Source: a candidate division WOR-3 bacterium (GTDB taxonomy: Bacteria; Hydrothermota; UBA3073; NMUJ01). From it: a stretch of 36,206 nt of DNA. Numbering within the stretch: position 1 is the stretch's first letter; each line of letters opens with the position of its first letter. A model generated the notes under the pieces. The model saw only the letters and a list, made by a program, of their open reading frames with translations. It was not told the origin of the DNA and did no database searches. The stretch spans positions 1-36,206 of the forward strand of contig JAGGUB010000042.1 of assembly GCA_021158725.1 (NCBI GenBank), in the 5' to 3' direction. The translations under genes were made by a program, and so were the position numbers. Positions 29,888 to 36,206 of this stretch are shown here, one piece after another.

Positions 29888-30657
29888 AGGTAAAAGACTA
29901 CGAACGTTTGTCTAAATTGGCTGCTAAAATAGTAGCTACTCTGATACGAGAAAAGCCAGACGCAGTGCTGGGGTTAGCTACCGGTAATACGCCGTTGGGT
30001 TTGTACCGTGAACTCATACGTATGCACAAAGAAGAGGGGCTCGATTTCTCACGAGTGGTTACGTTTAACCTCGATGAGTACATAGGGCTACCCAAGAACC
30101 ATCCACAAAGCTATCACCATTTCATGTGGGAGAATTTCTTCCACCATGTGAATATAAATCCATCCAACGTGCATATACCAGATGGTAACGCTCCCAATAT
30201 ACGGCAACATTGTGACTGGTATGAAGCTCGTATACGTAAGTTCGGTGGCATAGATCTACAGATATTGGGTATAGGGCGTGATGGCCACATAGGGTTTAAT
30301 GAACCTGGGTCATCTTTAGGGTCACGTACTCGTATAAAGACGTTGCTCGAAGTTACACGTAGAGATAATGCGAGATTCTTCGACGGCAAGATCGAAAATG
30401 TACCCAAATACGCAATCACGATGGGGATAGGTACGATTTTGGATGCAAAGGCGATATTGTTGTTAGCAAGTGGTGAATCCAAAGCAGATGCAATTAAAAA
30501 GGCGGTAGAAGGCCCTATAACAGCGATGGTGCCTGCGAGTGTGCTACAATTGCATCGTGACACCACAGTTATAGTAGATGAGGCAGCTGCTAAGTATCTG
30601 GAACTACCATGGGAAACAGAAGAGGATTACGAACGTGTGGAGTCACTTTTCGGTTGA
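29875..30657 (+). CDS. nagB: Glucosamine-6-phosphate deaminase
   Basis: VLGLATGNTP, TFNLDEY, GGIDLQILGIGRDGHIGFNEPG, AITMGIGTI. Confidence 0.97.
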   Translation: MRVIKVKDYERLSKLAAKIVATLIREKPDAVLGLATGNTPLGLYRELIRMHKEEGLDFSRVVTFNLDEYIGLPKNHPQSYHHFMWENFFHHVNINPSNVHIPDGNAPNIRQHCDWYEARIRKFGGIDLQILGIGRDGHIGFNEPGSSLGSRTRIKTLLEVTRRDNARFFDGKIENVPKYAITMGIGTILDAKAILLLASGESKADAIKKAVEGPITAMVPASVLQLHRDTTVIVDEAAAKYLELPWETEEDYERVESLFG

Positions 30658-31613
30658 TATAACAGACGAAGTATGAGGATACCACCGATTATCATAGCGA
30701 GCAACCCAGTATAAAACCGCCATATAACCACGTAAAGACCAAGAAGATGCGTGGGACATATAAGACGCCAGAACCCGAATCCACCAGCTTCTGCTACACC
30801 GGTTGATCCAGGTGTCGGTATAAAAAGTAACAAGTACGACAGTATTATCTGTATTACAAAAGTTGTCAAAAAGGGTGGATCAACACCTAACCCTTTGAAT
30901 AAGACATAAGGTATGGTAAAAAATGCACAACGTGCAATAAGGGTCGTACCGAACGAAAGTAGGAAAAATAGTTTACCATGGGTGAAAGTCTGTTTAATAG
31001 CAACCCGTAACTTTTGTAGCTCATTATATACGCGGGAGAACTTACCTTTTGACCACCTTTTGGGCATAAAAAGGAATACAATAAATAGTATTACAAGAAG
31101 CAAGACAATTATGCCTACGTAACTGCCAGCCCTTACAACGAAACGACCGCGTAGCAATTCTTTCTCTAAGAGTATAATCGGTATAAATAGGGGTAAGATC
31201 AATACGTTAAGTATCGCACGCATGATAATCACATTGCCGGCCTCACCGAGGTTAAGCCCATCCCGGTGTAGTACATAGAGTTGAAAAGGTACACCCACAA
31301 CACCGGTCGGTACTATGGTAAGGAAACAGCCCCCGAAATAGAATTCGGATGCCGTACGTAACGATATGGGTTTACCCATGGCACGACCCAGCACCTGTAC
31401 ACGTAGGAGTTCAAAATAATAGAACGTAGCTGTCACCAACAGTGCAAGCAGAAAGTATAGGGGGGAAAAGTTTCTGAACGCCTGTAAGGTGTCTTTACCT
31501 GTAGTGAAGACAAGTACCACGATTATGCTCACAACAGTTATGATGAGAAAAATACGTAACCACCGTACTATTAGGTTGCGTTTGGATTGAAGTATGGTTA
31601 ACTTATCTTCCAT
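30627..31613 (-). CDS. UPF0104 / lysylphosphatidylglycerol-synthase-TM (flippase-like) membrane protein
   Basis: Polytopic; IPTPGSTGVAEAG and VVIWRFYT motifs; F...IVPTGVVGVP segment. Confidence 0.8.
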   Translation of the reverse strand: MEDKLTILQSKRNLIVRWLRIFLIITVVSIIVVLVFTTGKDTLQAFRNFSPLYFLLALLVTATFYYFELLRVQVLGRAMGKPISLRTASEFYFGGCFLTIVPTGVVGVPFQLYVLHRDGLNLGEAGNVIIMRAILNVLILPLFIPIILLEKELLRGRFVVRAGSYVGIIVLLLVILFIVFLFMPKRWSKGKFSRVYNELQKLRVAIKQTFTHGKLFFLLSFGTTLIARCAFFTIPYVLFKGLGVDPPFLTTFVIQIILSYLLLFIPTPGSTGVAEAGGFGFWRLICPTHLLGLYVVIWRFYTGLLAMIIGGILILRLLYQPKSDSTRS

Positions 31614-32892
31614 TTAACCTGCGTTTAACTAATACCCCATATATAACTGAACTTGATATGCTTGAAACTGATACACCAAGTGGTAACGCAACAAGTCCCA
31701 ACCTACCCACAAACGTAAGTGCTACACCAAGATGTATGGCCACCCCTATTAGGGTAACTTTAAGTGGCGTCGTGGGTTCCTTCAATGCATAAAATATAGA
31801 TGAAAATGTGCGATTGAGCGTCATCCCCAGTATAGCAAACGAGTAAAAGCGTATGACACGTGAGGTATGGTACGTATCTACTGCAGTGAATGCACCATGT
31901 TGGTAAACGATACGACATAATGGATGTGCGAATATCAACAGCAAGGTAATAGCGGCCACACTACAGAGTATGCCGAATTTCAACACTTTATGTAGATCTT
32001 GTGTTATCGAACCAGTATCCGCAAATTGGCGCGTAAAAGTGGGTATACCAACATTTGCTATCGTTACACCTATCATACCAACAGGTAAATATATAAATCT
32101 AAATGCATACTCAAGGTACGAGATAGAACCTACCGCCAAAAAGGATGCGATAATGGTGTTGATGATGCTGCTCAATCGTAAAACCAGAAACGATATAACC
32201 ACGGGCAACATAAGACGTAACATACGACGTACGGTGGGATCGCTGAAGATGGGATAAGGTCGAAACCTATAACCATGCGATTTCAAAAAATGGTATTGGA
32301 GGGTAGCCTGACCGATACCACCGATAAGCACCCCTATAGCGATACTATACACACCGATGTATTTAGCAAATATAACAGATGTTGCGATTATGCCGATATT
32401 GAATAATACAGGTGCAATACCTGTGACAAAGAAACGCGAGAAGTAGTTCAATATCCCCATAAAAAACGTAGCTACCACCATTATTGGAAGGAAAGGCGAC
32501 ATCATCCGTGTGAGGCGGGTGGCAAGGTTGAACCTAAACGTATCGTGATAGAAGCCTGGACTTATTATACGTACGAGATAGGGTGCAAACAATGCTGTAA
32601 ATATGGATATAATCAGCGCTGTTGTGAGTACAGTACATATGGCGGTATTGGCAAACCGATATCCAGCTTGCTGGTCGGATTTTACCTTATCTGTAAATAA
32701 TGGTACGAACGATGGTATGATGCTACCTTCGGCTAACATCTCACGTGCAAGGTTAGCTATACGGAAGGATACCCAAAATGCGTCAAGGCTGGCAGATGCA
32801 CCAAAGAAGTGTGCGATGACGATTTCGCGAATAAACCCGAATGCTCGCGATATACCGGTACCCAAGCTGAAGCCAAACAGCTTACGATACAT
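31603..32892 (-). CDS. murJ: Lipid II flippase MurJ (MviN), short form
   Basis: SRAFGFIRE...FGASASLDAF...RIANLAREMLAEG...PVLFN...GSISYLEYAFR...LPVG...FYALKEPTTP; 429 aa. Confidence 0.92.
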   Translation of the reverse strand: MYRKLFGFSLGTGISRAFGFIREIVIAHFFGASASLDAFWVSFRIANLAREMLAEGSIIPSFVPLFTDKVKSDQQAGYRFANTAICTVLTTALIISIFTALFAPYLVRIISPGFYHDTFRFNLATRLTRMMSPFLPIMVVATFFMGILNYFSRFFVTGIAPVLFNIGIIATSVIFAKYIGVYSIAIGVLIGGIGQATLQYHFLKSHGYRFRPYPIFSDPTVRRMLRLMLPVVISFLVLRLSSIINTIIASFLAVGSISYLEYAFRFIYLPVGMIGVTIANVGIPTFTRQFADTGSITQDLHKVLKFGILCSVAAITLLLIFAHPLCRIVYQHGAFTAVDTYHTSRVIRFYSFAILGMTLNRTFSSIFYALKEPTTPLKVTLIGVAIHLGVALTFVGRLGLVALPLGVSVSSISSSVIYGVLVKRRLNGR

Positions 32893-33101
32893 TAGATTAA
32901 TGGGTCATAGCCACCAGGGTGAAAAGGATGGCATTTAGATATACGGATGATGCCCTTGATTATACCCTTGAGTAAACCGTATTTCTTGATCGCTTGGTAC
33001 GTGTATTCGGAACAGGTTGGATAGAATCGGCAATGTCGTGGCAATATGGGGGAGATGAAATTCTGATAAAACCTAATCAGCAGAAGTGCTATCTCCTTCA
33101 T
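32892..33101 (-). CDS. yidD: Membrane protein insertion efficiency factor YidD
   Basis: [11 protein letters not shown]...[10 protein letters not shown]...[15 protein letters not shown]; TAATG overlap with murJ. Confidence 0.97.
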   Translation of the reverse strand: MKEIALLLIRFYQNFISPILPRHCRFYPTCSEYTYQAIKKYGLLKGIIKGIIRISKCHPFHPGGYDPLI

Positions 33102-33525
33102 CAGCTGCTATTTGGTTGAGTAAATCAACAAGCTCATGGTATAGTGTACGAAAATCCTCATGTAAGACACTTTCAGTTCCTACAATCATCAGGTGCACAT
33201 TTTTGAGCCGCCACTTCTCACGACGATAGATCTCACGTAACCTACGTTTGATACGGTTGCGATCGACTTTGCGTTTCACCTTCTTTGAAACTGCAAACCC
33301 TGCCTTGCGGTCGGGCCTACCTGTTAAATAGTGTATAACCATATGGTTACCACTGATGGTTTTACCTTTTGTAAAGACCTCTAGTATCTGCTTGCGTCTC
33401 TTTAAACGTTCCTCCTTGGGTAAACGTTCGTCACGTCTACACGGTAAGCCGTTTCCTGCCAACACGTCTACGACGTTTGATAATAGCTCTACCGCTTCTT
33501 GTGCGCATACGTGCACGAAATCCAT
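33073..33525 (-). CDS. rnpA: Ribonuclease P protein component (start uncertain, lies within rpmH)
   Basis: [21 protein letters not shown]...AGFAVSKKV...[15 protein letters not shown] (RNR motif); between rpmH and yidD. Confidence 0.93.
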   Translation of the reverse strand: MDFVHVCAQEAVELLSNVVDVLAGNGLPCRRDERLPKEERLKRRKQILEVFTKGKTISGNHMVIHYLTGRPDRKAGFAVSKKVKRKVDRNRIKRRLREIYRREKWRLKNVHLMIVGTESVLHEDFRTLYHELVDLLNQIAADEGDSTSAD

Positions 33526-33574
33526 GCGTACGTTTGCGTTTGATGCGACTGGGTTGATAGGTTCTTTTGGGCAT
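33437..33574 (-). CDS. rpmH: 50S ribosomal protein L34; not in ORF track
   Basis: Manual translation [45 protein letters not shown] (45 aa), GGAGG 5 nt upstream. Confidence 0.98.
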   Translation of the reverse strand: MPKRTYQPSRIKRKRTHGFRARMRTRSGRAIIKRRRRVGRKRLTV

Positions 33575-33592
33575 CTTAACCTCCGTTTGTTA

Positions 33593-33619
33593 AATATAGA
33601 TAAATGGACAGAAAATCAA
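33593..33619 (-). promoter_or_regulatory. Putative promoter of rpmH-rnpA-yidD-murJ operon
   Basis: Minus strand TTGATT-15 nt-TATATT just upstream of the rpmH SD. Confidence 0.55.
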
Positions 33620-33663
33620 TATATAAGCTGGCGAATATGGGTTCATGTGTTAATTTTATAGCA

Positions 33664-34065
33664 ATGAAAGGATGCTATGTATTGCTGGTGGAATTACCCA
33701 GAGATATCAAAACAACAGTAGGTAAGCTCGGCAGCTTAACATTTGCACGTGGTTACTACGCATATGTGGGGTCAGCCATGAATAATATCGAGGTACGTGT
33801 GAAATACCACATATCCAACCATAAACGTAAACGCTGGCATATAGATTATCTGCTCGAATATGGACGGATTGTAGCAATCTACTATCGTGAAAGTGAATAC
33901 AGGTGTGAATGTGAGCTCGCAGATGGGTTGAGGTCAAGATTCAAACCCATCCAGAAGTTTGGTGCTACAGATTGTGGATGTGGAGGGCACCTCTTCTATA
34001 GTAAGGACTTATATGAATTGGTGCACTCAATGAGAGAGATGGGGTTAAAACAATATACGATGTAG
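33664..34065 (+). CDS. GIY-YIG/Uri-superfamily endonuclease-like protein (DUF123 type)
   Basis: KGCYVLLV...VGKLG...GYYAYVGSA...RWHIDYLL...FGATDCGCGGHLFY; start moved to ATG 33664. Confidence 0.85.
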   Translation: MKGCYVLLVELPRDIKTTVGKLGSLTFARGYYAYVGSAMNNIEVRVKYHISNHKRKRWHIDYLLEYGRIVAIYYRESEYRCECELADGLRSRFKPIQKFGATDCGCGGHLFYSKDLYELVHSMREMGLKQYTM

Positions 34066-34086
34066 AAAGGATAACATTCAAATAGG

Positions 34087-34118
34087 TTGACATTCGGGCT
34101 TTGCGATTAGTTTATAAT
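34087..34118 (+). promoter_or_regulatory. Putative promoter of tmRNA
   Basis: TTGACA (34087-92) with TAGTTT at a 15-nt spacer, or TATAAT (34113-18) 6 nt before the mature 5' end. Confidence 0.55.
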
Positions 34119-34124
34119 TGCTCT

Positions 34125-34460
34125 GGGGGTGAAAGGTCTCGACAGGGGTGATCAGAGTAAAGGGAGCATGCCGAGTCGCCCGACTCGTAAAATCGGGCAC
34201 TTTAAATAACTGCCGCCGAATATGCGGTTGCCTGATGATGAGCAGGCTTAACCTGTGGACCTACCCCCAAGGTCCACAGGGGATGGGTTAGGGGGTGGTC
34301 GTCCATACCTTTGATCCCGAGGTGGACGACGACACCAAAGGGATCTATCCCTTATGGTTCGGGGCCCAGCGGACCATAGGGGTAAAGCAAGCTGGGTCTA
34401 AGCATGTAGAGCCCTTTGCTCTGACACTTCTGGACGCGGGTTCGAGTCCCGCCACCTCCA
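34125..34460 (+). ncRNA. ssrA: tmRNA (transfer-messenger RNA), one-piece, 336 nt; 3' CCA not encoded
   Basis: 5' GGGGGTGAAAGGTCTCGAC and 3' GCGGGTTCGAGTCCCGC-CACCTCC-A form an Ala-type acceptor stem with G3.U70 and a T-arm. PK1 (CGAGT/ACTCG and GCCCGA/TCGGGC), resume context AAATAACT-GCC, tag ORF with stops in helix GCCTG/CAGGC. Confidence 0.97.
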
Positions 34461-34522
34461 TTATCTCTAAGTTGGATGATACTCCTCAATTCCCTTTCTA
34501 TTCATATGTTATAAGTGGTTGA

Positions 34523-34550
34523 TTGACTTTTATCCATCACATGTTAAGTT
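34523..34550 (+). promoter_or_regulatory. Putative promoter of fabZ operon
   Basis: TTGACT-16 nt-TAAGTT with TGn extended -10. Confidence 0.55.
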
Positions 34551-34566
34551 TAATCAGGAGGTGATG

Positions 34567-35016
34567 ATGGAGATCCATGAAATCATGGAGATATTGCCAC
34601 ATCGTTACCCATTCCTTTTGGTCGATAGGATCGTCGAGCTCGACGATAACCGTATTGTGGGTATCAAAAATGTCACCATAAACGAACCATTCTTCATCGG
34701 CCACTTCCCCGGTAACCCAATAATGCCAGGTGTGCTCATAGTTGAGTCTATGGCACAGACGGGTGGCATACTTCTATTAAAGAAGGTAGATAACCCCAAA
34801 GGTAAGTTGGTTTACTTTCTCGCTATTAAAGAGGCCAAATTTCGTGCCCCTGTACGACCTGGTGACACATTACGTAACGAGATGATACTGAAGAAGTTTA
34901 CCCGTGGCGTATGTGTGATGGAAGGTAAGGCTTATGTAGGTAATAGGCTTGTTGCAGAGGGTGAGTTTATGGCCAAAGTGGTTGAGGTAAACGATGGGCA
35001 AGAAAAAGAAGATTAA
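34567..35016 (+). CDS. fabZ: 3-hydroxyacyl-ACP dehydratase FabZ
   Basis: [55 protein letters not shown]; AGGAGG SD upstream. Confidence 0.98.
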   Translation: MEIHEIMEILPHRYPFLLVDRIVELDDNRIVGIKNVTINEPFFIGHFPGNPIMPGVLIVESMAQTGGILLLKKVDNPKGKLVYFLAIKEAKFRAPVRPGDTLRNEMILKKFTRGVCVMEGKAYVGNRLVAEGEFMAKVVEVNDGQEKED

Positions 35017-36206
35017 ATCCAAACCCACACCACCTACGCATAAGCTTACCTCACGCGAAAGGTGGTTTCCACTGATATTTCTGGGGTTAGCATTCGCCTT
35101 CTATTTGCCACATTTGGGATTATTTGTGGGTAAGTCGACACTGTTTGGTACAGATTTCCTTATCACGTATGGTGGTGCTGTTCGGGTACATGAATATATG
35201 CTTAAACACTTACATCAACCACTGTGGAATCCATACATAATGGGTGGTTATTCCACATTCACCGGCGGTATGGGTTACACTGATCCTTTACGTTATATAC
35301 TCTTGCCATTACCGGTTTACGTGCGACATTTCTACTTCTTCTTCATATGTCTGTTTCTGGCAGGTTGGGGTATGTTCTATCTGCTAAGATATAGGTTAAA
35401 GTTTCAGTTATGGATCGCAGTAGTTGCCGGTATTGCATATGAGTTTACTGCGTTCGGTATAAGTCAAATGTATGGCGGACATTGGCCTAAACTTGCCAGC
35501 ATGGCATGGCTCGCCTGGTGCTTTTCTGCGCTATTGTATGCGTTTGAGACACAAAAGGTACGCCATTTCCTCTTGTTGGCAGGTGCATGGGCGATGATGA
35601 TGTGTGGCCACTTTCAGTTCGGTTATTACGCAAGCTATCTTATCGGTTTCTTCGTTATATATGAGCTCATACGTCATGCACGAGCGGGTAAACCAAGGGA
35701 GAGCGTTTCACTCGGCCTTAAGGTCATACTCGCCCTCATGGTTGTACTATGTGTGTTAGCACTGAGGTTTGGCCCCAGTTTGATACGACTGGAGACAGGT
35801 GTACGTGGTATAGAGCGTGGTTATGAATACGCCACCTCATGGGCGATGCCAACCTCTGAATTGGTCGACTTCTACAATCCACATTTCATGGGTATACTTG
35901 ATAACTATTGGGGGACTAACTATTTCAGGCTGCATTCAAGGTATTTCGGTGTTATAGTGCTTGTGATATCGCTTTTCGGTATAGTAATGGGATGGCGACG
36001 TCACAGTTACGTGCGATTCTTTACCGGCGGTTTAATAGTATCAACTTTGTTGGCACTTGGTGGCCACACTCCATTATATAGGATACCATACCATATTTTG
36101 CCTATGGTGGACAAGCTACGTGGCCCCGACATGTGGTGGATAATAGGTGCATTTTCCGTTGTCATACTATTTGCATACGGGTTAAGGTTGATGTTGGAAC
36201 ATAAGC
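34994..36206 (+). CDS. YfhO-family / GT-C-type polytopic membrane glycosyltransferase-like protein (partial, runs off window end)
   Basis: Manual translation from ATG 34994, open to window end: [10 protein letters not shown]...FGTDF...[10 protein letters not shown]...GHFQ...[12 protein letters not shown]...[10 protein letters not shown]...KLRGP; many TM helices. Confidence 0.75.
   Translation, partial: MGKKKKIKSKPTPPTHKLTSRERWFPLIFLGLAFAFYLPHLGLFVGKSTLFGTDFLITYGGAVRVHEYMLKHLHQPLWNPYIMGGYSTFTGGMGYTDPLRYILLPLPVYVRHFYFFFICLFLAGWGMFYLLRYRLKFQLWIAVVAGIAYEFTAFGISQMYGGHWPKLASMAWLAWCFSALLYAFETQKVRHFLLLAGAWAMMMCGHFQFGYYASYLIGFFVIYELIRHARAGKPRESVSLGLKVILALMVVLCVLALRFGPSLIRLETGVRGIERGYEYATSWAMPTSELVDFYNPHFMGILDNYWGTNYFRLHSRYFGVIVLVISLFGIVMGWRRHSYVRFFTGGLIVSTLLALGGHTPLYRIPYHILPMVDKLRGPDMWWIIGAFSVVILFAYGLRLMLEHK

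Noticed and set aside
33575-33663. Possible oriC upstream of rpmH
   Set aside because: No dnaA, no cluster of TTATCCACA-like boxes, and the 89-nt gap is accounted for by two divergent promoters.
34255-34400. Hairpins such as CCTGTGGACC...GGTCCACAGG suggesting a terminator or repeat element
   Set aside because: They are internal tmRNA helices/pseudoknots and have no U-tract.
34440-34520. Possible integrative element or att site at the tmRNA 3' end
   Set aside because: No integrase and no duplicated tmRNA 3' end seen; fabZ follows within about 100 nt.
259-34799. Many alternative ORFs in the track (e.g. 768-1511, 2938-3360, 3532-3966, 23876-24442, 25269-25796, 30114-30566, 34295-34522)
   Set aside because: They are antisense or frame shadows of confidently identified genes or of tmRNA, with no recognisable motifs or RBS.
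1-36206. CRISPR array, rRNA, tRNA, IS element, selenoprotein or recoded stop
   Set aside because: None seen; TGA, TAA and TAG all terminate conserved genes at the expected positions.

Overview
Core-genome window from a compact, diderm bacterium, probably anaerobic and thermophilic (inferred from lpxD/fabZ/Skp, Zn-binding forms of S14, L36, S4 and Adk, a Cys-motif TrpRS and E/K/R/I/V-rich proteins). The taxon cannot be assigned from the sequence alone. Layout: (1) a minus-strand operon trpS-membrane protein-proS-rimP-nusA-infB-DUF503-secreted protein (1-8087); (2) a divergent plus-strand superoperon: tuf, then the S10, spc (with secY, adk, infA, rpmJ) and alpha clusters, running without gaps into a Skp fusion, lpxD, comEA and a BFD-like 2Fe-2S protein (8291-26071); (3) epimerase-ugd on the minus strand; (4) SpoIID-like-nagB on the plus strand; (5) rpmH-rnpA-yidD-murJ-UPF0104 on the minus strand; (6) a DUF123 GIY-YIG gene, a one-piece tmRNA, fabZ and a partial YfhO/GT-C membrane protein. 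I found no rRNA, tRNA, CRISPR array, mobile element or clear intrinsic terminator. I cannot demonstrate a new multi-gene system. The notable signals are altered versions of normally conserved machinery: a Skp chaperone fused to a CsgG/FlgO-like domain, an EF-Tu with a divergent switch I, a RimP with only its N-terminal domain, a 12-TM MurJ where yidC normally sits, an rnpA whose possible starts all lie inside rpmH, a tmRNA with a 7-codon tag and three UGA stops, an L6 with insertions in its conserved motif, and sigma70-like promoters with 15-16 nt spacers, some apparently leaderless. Comparisons with reference proteins are from memory and need alignment checks.
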